Sequence record: Ga0255762_10003207
Source: a metagenome
Direction: 5' to 3' (one strand)
DNA: 12,962 bases
The stretch's first letter is position 1; the number at the start of each line of letters is the position of its first letter. The notes under the pieces were generated by a model, which was given only the letters and a program-made list of their open reading frames with translations, made no database searches and was not told where the DNA came from. Below, one piece after another: positions 1 to 7,795 of this stretch. The position numbers and the translations under genes are program-made.

Positions 1-139
1 GTGTGTTCATTTTATATGCACAAACAGTATGAAACTGGACCGCCCGCGTGGGATCCGCACGAAAATCGCGCCTCTTCGTCGCGGCGACGCCTCTCCGGCC
101 CGCCATTGATCGCCCGCCCGTCGGTTCGAGAAGCGAAGC

Positions 140-1876
140 ATGGGGTACGTTCCGCCGCACTTGCGAGGCGGAGGATCGTCCGACGGCGGTGCCGGCGCGG
201 CGCCGCCGCCGGAGAGGAGCAGAGGAGGAAACGACCAACAATCAGACCGACACCGATCCTTCGGCGGCGGACCCGGTGGGTCGTCGTACGGACCCGGTGA
301 CCGCGCGCCGCCGGTGATGAGCGGACGGGGACAGGGCGGTGGGAGAGATTCTGGCGCGGCGGTTTTTGCGAATTGGCGGCCGAGCGCGCGGGTGGAGGCG
401 CTGACGGAGGAACAAAAGACGGAGATTCGTGACCGGCTCGGGGTGACGGTGGAGGTTCCGGAGAACGAAGCCGAGGCACCGTCGGCGATCGAATCGTTCG
501 AGGATATGAATCTGAGTAAGGATATCATGATGGATATTCGACACAGAGAGTACGATAAACCGTCGCCGATTCAGGCGCAGGCGATTCCGGTGATTTTGAG
601 CGGAAGGGATGTGCTCGGGTGTGCCGAGACGGGGAGCGGGAAGACGGCGGCGTTTTCCATTCCAATGGTGCAGCACTGTTTGAACCAACCGCCGTTGCGT
701 CAGGGTGATGGGCCGTTTGCGATTGTTATGGCGCCGACGAGAGAGTTGGCGCAACAGATTGAAGCGGAGGGGAAGACGTTTTCGAGAAGCTCAAAGGGGT
801 TTAGAACAGCCATCATTGTCGGCGGTACGAATATGTACGAACAGCGTTCCATGTTGCGCGGTGGCGTGCAAATCATCGTCGCCACGCCCGGTCGATTGCT
901 CGATCACTTGCAACAGGGTAACACCAACCTCGCTCGCGTTTCGTTCGTAGTCTTGGATGAAGCGGACAGAATGTTGGACATGGGTTTCGAGCCGCAAATT
1001 CGAGAAGTGTTGATGAACTTGCCCAAGCGTCATCAAACGCTCCTCTTTTCCGCGACAATGCCGAGCGAGGTTGAAGCTTTGGCGAGCGAGTACCTCAACA
1101 AGCCGGTCAAGGTGAAGGTTGGTCAAACGAGCGCTCCGACGGCGAACGTGTCGCAACACTTAGAAAAGGTCGTTGATGGTGAAAAGGTTAATAGATTGGT
1201 TGCCATGTTGATTGGGGAGAAGAATGAAGCCACCAAGCTCGGCTCGGACATGCCCATGACGGTGGTTTTCGTCGAGCGCAAGAACCGTGCGGATGAGATT
1301 GCCGAGTTATTAAACGCGGAAGGCGTTCCGGCTGCCGCGTTGCATGGTGGACGATCTCAGGCGGAGCGTGAGGCGGCTCTCCAGGATTACAAGGAGGGAC
1401 GTTGCTCTGTGTTGGTTGCCACGGATGTCGCCGCGCGTGGTTTGGATGTCAAGGGTGTCGCGCACGTCGTCAACATGGACTTGCCTCGCAACTTTGAGGA
1501 TTACGTCCACCGCATCGGTCGTACCGGTCGCGCCGGTATGTCTGGTCGCTCCACGTCCTTTTACACGGATCGCGACTCGTTCATCGTGGCGCAAATCAAG
1601 CGCGCGCTCATGGAACTCGAGGCGGGTAACGCGTTTGCCTTTGCGACGGGCAAGGAGGCACGCGCCAAGGAGCGCGAAGAAGCCAAAGCCTGGCGTGAGG
1701 GTCGTCAACACCAAGCCGCCGTCCTCGAAACGGACAGTGGGGTTACCATTGCCGTCGAAGACAAGTTTAAGCACATGATGGTGAGCGCGCCCGCCGCCGC
1801 CGGCAGCGCCGCTCCAACGGCGGGCGTCGCCGACGCTGCGTGGTCTGACGACGACGAAGACGAAGACGGGTGGTAA
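140..1876 (+). CDS. DEAD-box ATP-dependent RNA helicase, 578 aa, single exon. The core resembles DDX41/Abstrakt and DDX3; the N-terminus carries a Ded1/DDX3-type YVPPHLR motif.
   Basis: True ATG at 140 and TAA at 1874-1876. All DEAD-box motifs are readable: Q (PSPIQAQAIP), I (AETGSGKT), Ia (PTRELA), Ib (TPGRL), II (VLDEADRMLD), III (SAT), V (LVATDVAARGLD), VI (HRIGRTGRAG). G/R-rich N-terminus and acidic tail DDDEDEDGW. Strong G/C third-position bias. Confidence 0.93.
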   Translation: MGYVPPHLRGGGSSDGGAGAAPPPERSRGGNDQQSDRHRSFGGGPGGSSYGPGDRAPPVMSGRGQGGGRDSGAAVFANWRPSARVEALTEEQKTEIRDRLGVTVEVPENEAEAPSAIESFEDMNLSKDIMMDIRHREYDKPSPIQAQAIPVILSGRDVLGCAETGSGKTAAFSIPMVQHCLNQPPLRQGDGPFAIVMAPTRELAQQIEAEGKTFSRSSKGFRTAIIVGGTNMYEQRSMLRGGVQIIVATPGRLLDHLQQGNTNLARVSFVVLDEADRMLDMGFEPQIREVLMNLPKRHQTLLFSATMPSEVEALASEYLNKPVKVKVGQTSAPTANVSQHLEKVVDGEKVNRLVAMLIGEKNEATKLGSDMPMTVVFVERKNRADEIAELLNAEGVPAAALHGGRSQAEREAALQDYKEGRCSVLVATDVAARGLDVKGVAHVVNMDLPRNFEDYVHRIGRTGRAGMSGRSTSFYTDRDSFIVAQIKRALMELEAGNAFAFATGKEARAKEREEAKAWREGRQHQAAVLETDSGVTIAVEDKFKHMMVSAPAAAGSAAPTAGVADAAWSDDDEDEDGW

Positions 1877-2356
1877 TCATCCATCACGATGACGACCATC
1901 GCAACAAAAAGAAGAAGAGAGCATCGACCACCGTCGCTCGACGCGTCGGTTCAATGAGGAAAGAGGTCGCCTCGCTTTGTTTGCTTTGTTTTTTTTCCTA
2001 GGTTCCATCCAGTCCAACGTCCATCCATCCGCGAGACGATTGACGACGACGAGCGCACCGTACTCAATCCTTCTTTGTTTCCCTTCTTTAATACAATCTC
2101 ACGACTCATTACTCACTCCTCGTGACCGACGTGATCGAATCCAAACCGCCCAACCAATATCGCGTTCAAGGGGCTACGTGCCTGGAAGAAAAGTCCAAAG
2201 ATTGGAAAGCCAACTTTGCTCGTGATCCGTCACTCGACGACGACGCGAACGCGAGAAACGTCACGGAACGCGACTGGGATCCATACGCGGAAATCTTTCT
2301 CGCGCGCGCGCTCGTGTGTCTTTGTGTTCGTGAAGCAAGCGGCGTCGTCTTGAAAG

Positions 2357-2557
2357 ATGAGTGGGAAGACGAGCCTCGTCGACGTCGCCTTTCGAGCGAC
2401 GACGCTCGGGTTGTTCGCGACGACGGTGGTCTCCGGCGCGTGGTTCGCGGCGACGACGGCGAAAGGGTTCATGCATTACAACGCGGCGAGCGAAGAGGCG
2501 CGGAAAGCGGCGGGAACGGGGAGCGAAAGCGGGGGTAAGGATGGAAGAAAGTCTTAG
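2357..2557 (+). CDS. Candidate small (66 aa) single-pass membrane protein, function unknown.
   Basis: True ATG at 2357 in an A(-3) context (aaagATGa) and TAG at 2555-2557. Third codon positions are overwhelmingly G/C, like the confirmed genes. One hydrophobic segment (LGLFATTVVSGAWFAATTA) is followed by a charged tail. It is the only ATG-initiated ORF in the 790-bp gap between the helicase and the aminopeptidase gene. I recognise no family. Confidence 0.4.
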   Translation: MSGKTSLVDVAFRATTLGLFATTVVSGAWFAATTAKGFMHYNAASEEARKAAGTGSESGGKDGRKS

Positions 2558-2666
2558 CGAAGCGTTGGAGCGCGCGTAGGAGCTCTCAAGCGAATTTGTA
2601 TTAAACACATTTTAGTTAGTAGTTTCATTCATCGAACGATGGCGTCTCTCGTCGAGTGGTGAGAAA

Positions 2667-4399
2667 TTAACGAATTGGATCCTCGTCTCTGACGTAGGAG
2701 AGGAGCTTGGAGACGATTCTCGCGCCGTCTTCGCGAATGCCAGAGTGCATGTATTCCGACGTGCTCCAGACGCGAGCGCCGGCGATTCGGCTGGCGGTTT
2801 CTGCGGCAAGATCAAAGTCGACAAACATGTCCTCGACGTAACTGGCGCAAGCGACCGGAATGTCATCATTCGCAGAGAGCGCTTGGGCATCGTACAACCG
2901 GCGAAACTGACCGGTGTCGCCGGATTTGAGACAGTCGAGGACGCCTTTGTACGGCGCAAGGGCAGGAATGTCGTCAAAAAAGAAATCGAAAACCATCTCT
3001 CCGGTGAAGTAAATCTTTTGCCCAGGCGTCGTGAGCGCGGCGTCGACGTCGAATGACGTTCCGGAAAGTTTGGCTTTCGCCTTCTCGGCGCCGCCGTAGG
3101 CGTTACCACCATTGCAATAAATTGATTCGTGAAGAATGCCGTACAATGGGTTCGTCTCAAAGTGTCTGAACGCATTCTCAATCTCTATGAGAAGCTTGTG
3201 CGCCAGCGGCACAGCAAAAGTTGGTTCCACATCGACGTTTTCTAAGATATAGTGCAGCCTTTCCATCCCGGACGCCGTGCCTAGGTTGGAAAATCCGAGC
3301 GCCTGCACGACTTCAGCGCTCAACCTTCCTCCGCCAGGCAGCGACGCCTCATTCTTGCGAGCGTACTCGCACAGATACCTCACACGCTCGACGTCTCCCG
3401 GAAAGCGCGCGTAAAACTTTTCGTTTTGAACGCGTACTCTCTCGAAGAGCTTGACGTACGCGTCGAAAGCCGCGGCTTCCTTCTCCACGTACGGCGGTAG
3501 ACCACCCGTGTAGAGCGCCTCCTTCACGCCTTCGGGGTGCATCGAGAGATACGTCGTGATGCAAAACCCACCGAACGACTGTCCGAGAAGCGTAAACTTT
3601 TGCTCTTTACCGAGAACCGTCTTGCGAAACAGTTCCGCATCCTCGACAATCGAATCCGCTCTGAAACATTGCGCCAACATTCGGCCCATGTGTACGTCAG
3701 CGGTCGCCCCCTGGCCTTCCTCAAAGGCCACCTTACACGAACCATCCTCGTTAAACCTAACAATCTCCGCGCTCGACCTCCCCGTACCGCGCTGATCGAG
3801 TAAAAACACGCGATGCTCCTTGACCATCTCTCCCACCCATCCTCCATCCGCGTCTGGTCGGCCGCACTCAAACCCGGGGCCGCCCTGCAGAAACAGCACA
3901 CACGGCAACGCCGCCCGCTCCTCAGCGCTCATCTTCCCCCGCGCCGCGCTCACGACTTCCCGAACGTACACCTTGATCAGATTTGGTGCGACATTCTCAC
4001 CGGTGATGTTCGCCTTTGACGCGGAATAATAATCCAAAGGCGCCTGCAGTTGCGCGCGAAGTACAGTTTGCGTCAGTCAGTCACTTTTTAATCACTCAAC
4101 CAGCCACGTCGCCGTTATCAGTCGTCGCGAACCGCACGCACCGCGATAAAGTGATCCGTCAAGTGAAGCCCTTTCACCCGATGACTCTCACCGACGACGT
4201 GGTGTCCGACGGGGGTGTCTCGCGGCCACGACCAAGAGTTCCCAGCGACGACGGTTTGAGCGCTCGCAGCTTGCGCAGTCGTTCCAGTCTTTTGACGCTT
4301 CTGCGTCGGTGCCGGTGTCATCCTTCTTTGCGGGACGCGCGGACGATTGTGTGAATACAGAGCGTTCGCGCGTGCGTGGGTTCCTTGCGCGACGCGCAT
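2667..4399 (-). CDS. S33-family prolyl aminopeptidase-like alpha/beta hydrolase with two exons. Exon 1 runs from 4399 (alternative ATG 4321) to 4142; exon 2 runs from 4043 to 2667. Length is 544 aa (518 aa from the second ATG).
   Basis: Exon 2 carries the oxyanion motif LFLQGGPGFE, the nucleophile elbow LLGQSFGG (GxSxG) and a C-terminal W-x-T-x-EYMHSG His region. The ORF-track start at 4037 is TTG, and no in-frame ATG lies between it and the upstream stop at 4077-4079. The upstream minus-strand ORF supplies real ATGs (4399, 4321) and the sequence ...HRVKGLHLTDHFIA. A GT-AG intron joins it in frame to APLDYYS. TAA at 2667-2669. Confidence 0.85.
4044..4141 (-). other. Spliceosomal intron, 98 nt, phase 0, in the aminopeptidase gene.
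   Basis: On the minus strand the donor is GCG|GTGCGT (G at 4141). Overlapping CTGAC branch-point-like motifs (gtgactgactgacgc) lie about 29-33 nt upstream of the acceptor CTGCAG|GCG (AG at 4045-4044). The length of 98 (remainder 2 when divided by 3) corrects the frame offset between the two ORFs. The intron contains in-frame stops. Confidence 0.72.
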
Positions 4400-4542
4400 T
4401 CGCGCGCAACGTCGAGTGAGGAGGATGTCCGCAGGTTGTCGAGTAGTTATGATTTTCACTGCACGCTGCTCGCGTTTTCTGTTTAAAAAAGCACGTTCGT
4501 CTATCTTTCGCGCGTTTGGGCTACTTTCTATACCGCCGGGCT

Positions 4543-6828
4543 CTAATCGTTCTTATCATCCTTCTCCTCGTCGTCATCGTCGTCCGAACCGGCTAGTCGA
4601 GCGCTTGTTTGATCAATCTCCGTGCGAAGCGCTTCCAGACGCTGCTGTTCTTTGGCGCCGTCAACGGCGGCGACTTGCTCGCTCGCAGACTCCAGTCGCT
4701 CAGTGACGTCGCTCACGGCGCCACTAATCATGCTCTTGACTGAACTCACCGCTGCGACGGCCCGACGCAGGGCTTCGCTCTCGTTGGCGGCGTCAGCGGC
4801 TTCTTCCGCCACAGCGAGCTGTTCCTTGAGCTCTTCGTACTTTTGCATGAGCTCTTGTCGTCTCGAGGTAAATTGAGACGGGAAAAGCTGCGGAAAGTAA
4901 CGCTGAATGAAACCAAAGACCAAAACATGACCAACGGGAGTGATGGGAGTGATCAGAATGATCATAAAAGGGACAAAGGTGAAAACATCGAGAAAGGTGC
5001 GGCGGACAACTTGCACTTCGCGAGGTCGCAGAGTGGTGCCGAACGCGGCGCGCATGAAGAGGCGCAACGACGTGCCAATGTCTGATCCGAGGAGCTTGAC
5101 GCCTCGGAACAAAAAGGTACCACCCTCTCTTATGGTAGCGCCAGACTCTTGCATGGTTAAAACGAAACGCTCACGCATGAGATCCATGGACATGGCGGCG
5201 TTGTTGTCGTCTCTGATGGCTAAGCGGAGCTTCATGTCTGGAATTTCCATTGCCAACTTGGACAAATCCTCGTCGTCGATGAGCTGAGATTCTTGACGAT
5301 CGACGAGAGAAATCAATCGACGCAAGGAGAGATCCATCACTCCAAACTCCGCCACCATGAGCTGCATGTCGTTAAGTTCCGCCTTGGACAAGCGATCCGG
5401 AGGCGTGGCCAACTCTTCCTCGAGCGCCAAGATGATGCGCTCCATCTCCATTTGAAGCGTTCGAACGGCGAAAACCCGTCTAAGCGTCGAAACTTTTTCG
5501 TCGCACTCACGAATCTTGTCCCCCAGGGCGACGCGAGAGAGAAGCGAGCTCCTTCCCTGGGCCATGATGCCGTCTCTCGTCTTTTGCGCCTCGGTCAACG
5601 CCTTGTCTCTATCCTGCACCTCGATAAGCAAGCGCAAGATGCGCGCGTCGCGCTTGTCTTTGCTCACGCGCGGCACAGGGAATGACTTTAACACTTCTAC
5701 CACCCCAGTCTCGCCCACGCTGAGACCGTTGATACGCGCCCACACCCCTTGCGAGTACTCAGCCACGTTTGCGATGGACTCGCGAGGTTTTGCTCTGAGT
5801 TGCGTGAGACCCTCTCCTAAAACACCCGCGCTTCGAACGCCTCTCGAAGTGATTCTACCAACCTTACGACCGAGCGGACGAAGTCGAGCCCCAACCTGGG
5901 ACTCTCCGGCGTCTTCCTGCGCAGCCTCGAGGGCGCTCTGCGCCTCTTGGAGTGCCCGCTCCGCACGTTCGCACGACTCGTACGGCAGGTAGTTGCTCAT
6001 CTCTCTGCAACGATCCTCCACACGATCGGCGCAATCGGAAAACTTTTGCGTCAAAAGATCTCTCACCGCATCGGCGTCTTCAAAGAGAATCTCCCACTTG
6101 CCATCCATCATCGTCGCCGCCGAACGCAACTTGTCCTTCTCCGCTTCGAGCTCCTTCATCGATTCTAACATCTCCTCCAGCGCGCTGATAGCCTCTTCCA
6201 ACTCTGGACTCGGCACCGCAAACTCACTGAGTTTCTTCCCATCGAGCAGCTTTGAAGACTCCTCCCCTGACTCATCATCGGCGTGACGAATAAAGTAATC
6301 ATCAGCGAGGTTCGCCTCGCAGTCCACCACCGTGCTGTACAGCTCCCTCAAAACCGTCAACGACTCCAATTTCGCCAACCGTGCCGCCGCATCCTCCTTT
6401 GCGTCTTGATCCGTAAATAACGGTTTCGCCCCAGCCGAAGTGACGTCAGAAAACCCGCTCGAATCCGGGTTCCCAAACGTTCCTTCCGTCGAGCCGCGAA
6501 GCGACTCGTCTGAAGAAGAGGAAGAATCCTCACCGCTCGTCGATGACGAAATCGCCGCCGTCCGCACCCGCAGCGTTCGCCCCGAACGATCGCGCGCGAC
6601 GACAACGCACGCGTTGACTCGTCGACCGCTCAACGATAACCCCTCCCCTCCGCGCGTCGACGTCGTCCGCGCAACCATTTCGACGGCATTTCCGTTGTGC
6701 GCACCAGTCGCCTCGTGGACACGTCGACATCTCTGCGTCGTCCGCGTCGTCCGCCGTCCACACAGCGGGGTCTCTCGCCGTCGTCCGGCGGACCCGACGA
6801 CGGGGCGGTTCTGCGTCGTCAGAGACAT
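4543..6828 (-). CDS. LETM1-domain (LETM1-like) membrane protein, 761 aa, single exon. It has an R/S/T-rich presequence-like N-terminus, long coiled-coil regions and an acidic C-terminal tail.
   Basis: True ATG at 6828-6826 and TAG at 4545-4543. Diagnostic LETM1 block: LRPREVQVVRRTFLDVFTFVPFMIILITPITPVGHVLVFGFIQRYFPQLFPSQF (compare human LTRRERRQ...DLFRLVPF...FPNMLPSTF). It contains the single transmembrane helix. Heptad-like E/K/L/A-rich stretches lie on both sides, and the tail is GSDDDDDEEKDDKND. Confidence 0.88.
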   Translation of the reverse strand: MSLTTQNRPVVGSAGRRRETPLCGRRTTRTTQRCRRVHEATGAHNGNAVEMVARTTSTRGGEGLSLSGRRVNACVVVARDRSGRTLRVRTAAISSSTSGEDSSSSSDESLRGSTEGTFGNPDSSGFSDVTSAGAKPLFTDQDAKEDAAARLAKLESLTVLRELYSTVVDCEANLADDYFIRHADDESGEESSKLLDGKKLSEFAVPSPELEEAISALEEMLESMKELEAEKDKLRSAATMMDGKWEILFEDADAVRDLLTQKFSDCADRVEDRCREMSNYLPYESCERAERALQEAQSALEAAQEDAGESQVGARLRPLGRKVGRITSRGVRSAGVLGEGLTQLRAKPRESIANVAEYSQGVWARINGLSVGETGVVEVLKSFPVPRVSKDKRDARILRLLIEVQDRDKALTEAQKTRDGIMAQGRSSLLSRVALGDKIRECDEKVSTLRRVFAVRTLQMEMERIILALEEELATPPDRLSKAELNDMQLMVAEFGVMDLSLRRLISLVDRQESQLIDDEDLSKLAMEIPDMKLRLAIRDDNNAAMSMDLMRERFVLTMQESGATIREGGTFLFRGVKLLGSDIGTSLRLFMRAAFGTTLRPREVQVVRRTFLDVFTFVPFMIILITPITPVGHVLVFGFIQRYFPQLFPSQFTSRRQELMQKYEELKEQLAVAEEAADAANESEALRRAVAAVSSVKSMISGAVSDVTERLESASEQVAAVDGAKEQQRLEALRTEIDQTSARLAGSDDDDDEEKDDKND

Positions 6829-7150
6829 GTCCGTCAGCCCGTCCTACGCGCGCGCGATTGCGGTGCGCGTCGTCGTCGACGTCGCGAAAAAGTAAACGCG
6901 GTTTGCGATTGATTATTTACCCCTTTTATCTTTTGTGGGATTTCTAAACCCTATTTACATGTGATAGATTTAAAAGTATGTTCTATACGTGACCTCTGGT
7001 GGTTTGGGCTTATATGTTTCGAGTAACTTACTTATCTACCGTATCTAGTGGTTTGTATATGTTTACTTTTAGTGTTAGGGTTTTGACTGCTTTTGAATCG
7101 GCTGTGATTTCGAAAGTTCGACGCGGCAGAGTCCGCGGCGCGCGAAGAAG
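6829..7150. promoter_or_regulatory. Divergent (bidirectional) promoter region between the LETM1-like and BET3 genes. It contains a conspicuously AT-rich core at about 6896-7110.
   Basis: The region is flanked by two divergently oriented start codons (6828 minus, 7151 plus). Base composition switches abruptly from GC-rich to AT-rich. It holds the telo-box AAACCCTA at 6946-6953, its inverse TAGGGTTT at 7076-7083, and a direct repeat at 6996-7019 and 7045-7064. Confidence 0.5.
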
Positions 7151-7795
7151 ATGTCCAACGCGATGACGACGAATACCACGGCGATGAATACCTCGACGAC
7201 GACGACGACGACGAATACCACCTCCTCGAAGACGACGAAAGCGGAAGTGTTGGCGACGGCGACGTGGAACTCGATGGAAAAAGTATCCTCGGAACTGTTT
7301 GCGTTGACGCACGGAGCCTTTGTGAGACAAATCCTGCGGGATCACGAGGACGACGTCGAGGCGGTGAACGGGAAACTGGACCAACTCGGGCGAAATATTG
7401 GAACGAGAATCATCGAGGAGTATCTGGCGCGAACGAACGCGTCGAGCGGGGCGTGTGCGTCGTTCGAGGCGGCGATGGAGATGACGGCAAAGGTTGGTTT
7501 GAAGATGTTTCTAAACGCGACGGCGAGAACGAGAGATTGGAGCGAGGAACGGGACGAGTGCGTGATTGAGATGGATAATAATCCGTTGGCGGATTTTGTG
7601 GAGCTTCCAACGCGGTACCGGGAGTTGGCATACTGTAACATGCTGTGCGGGGCGATTCGAGGCGCGCTCGAGACGGTGCGCATGCGAACGACGTGTAGCT
7701 TTGAGGGCGATCCGTTACGCGGGATGGGGAATAAGTTTGCCATCAGGGTCAAACTTGTCGAGCTCGTGCCTGAGGAGTATCCGTACGACGAATGA
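7151..7795 (+). CDS. BET3: TRAPP complex subunit Bet3/TRAPPC3, 214 aa, single exon, with a Thr/Asn-rich N-terminal extension.
   Basis: ATG at 7151 and TGA at 7793-7795. The protein is collinear with the Bet3 family. [49 protein letters not shown] matches human [59 protein letters not shown] and [10 protein letters not shown] match NNPLVDFVELP and LCGVLRGALE. Confidence 0.92.
   Translation: [214 protein letters not shown]
7196..7213 (+). repeat. (ACG)6 coding microsatellite (Thr6) in the BET3 N-terminal extension.
   Basis: Six perfect ACG units read directly from the sequence, in frame with the CDS. Confidence 0.9.

Noticed and set aside
16-27. Shared promoter words ATGCAC and AAACAG. They occur at 16-27 upstream of the helicase, and at 9730-9735 (ATGCAC) and 9737-9742 (the reverse complement CTGTTT) between SQE and KRI1. 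CTGTTT also occurs at 4479-4484 upstream of the aminopeptidase gene, and ATGCAC at 12793-12798.
   Set aside because: Hexamers are expected several times by chance in 13 kb on two strands. Distances to the ATGs vary from about 80 to 260 nt. There is not enough evidence without genome-wide statistics.
2122-2538. A 138-aa plus-strand ORF that overlaps and exceeds the 66-codon ORF.
   Set aside because: Its start is GTG, the frame is open only from 2092, and it contains no ATG codon at all. It cannot be a conventional eukaryotic CDS. The second half is an Arg/Gly/Asp-rich shadow of the frame I prefer.
2560-2640. SECIS-like AUGA motifs (minus-strand cgATGAATGAaac, plus coordinates 2625-2632) in the aminopeptidase 3' UTR. 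These algae are known to encode many selenoproteins.
   Set aside because: Neither the aminopeptidase gene nor the facing small ORF has an in-frame TGA that would need recoding. I could not build the required helix with an apical AA and a 3' GA quartet.
5516-5992. Long antisense or off-frame ORFs inside the real genes. Examples are 7..528(-), 242..754(-), 1310..1774(-), 2612..3181(-), 5516..5992(+), 6440..6895(+), 8811..9374(+), 9802..10263(-) and 10833..11297(-).
   Set aside because: These are shadow ORFs, which are expected in GC-rich DNA with few stop codons. Their translations are Arg/Ser/Pro/Ala-rich low complexity with no recognisable motifs, and several start at GTG or TTG. Each fully overlaps a gene with strong family motifs in another frame or strand.
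6896-7110. The AT-rich island as a small RNA gene (C/D or H/ACA snoRNA, or snRNA).
   Set aside because: The nearest C-box candidate is TGATAG (6962-6967), which has two mismatches. Neither strand has CTGA inside the island. There is no convincing terminal stem and no hairpin-hinge-hairpin-ACA layout.
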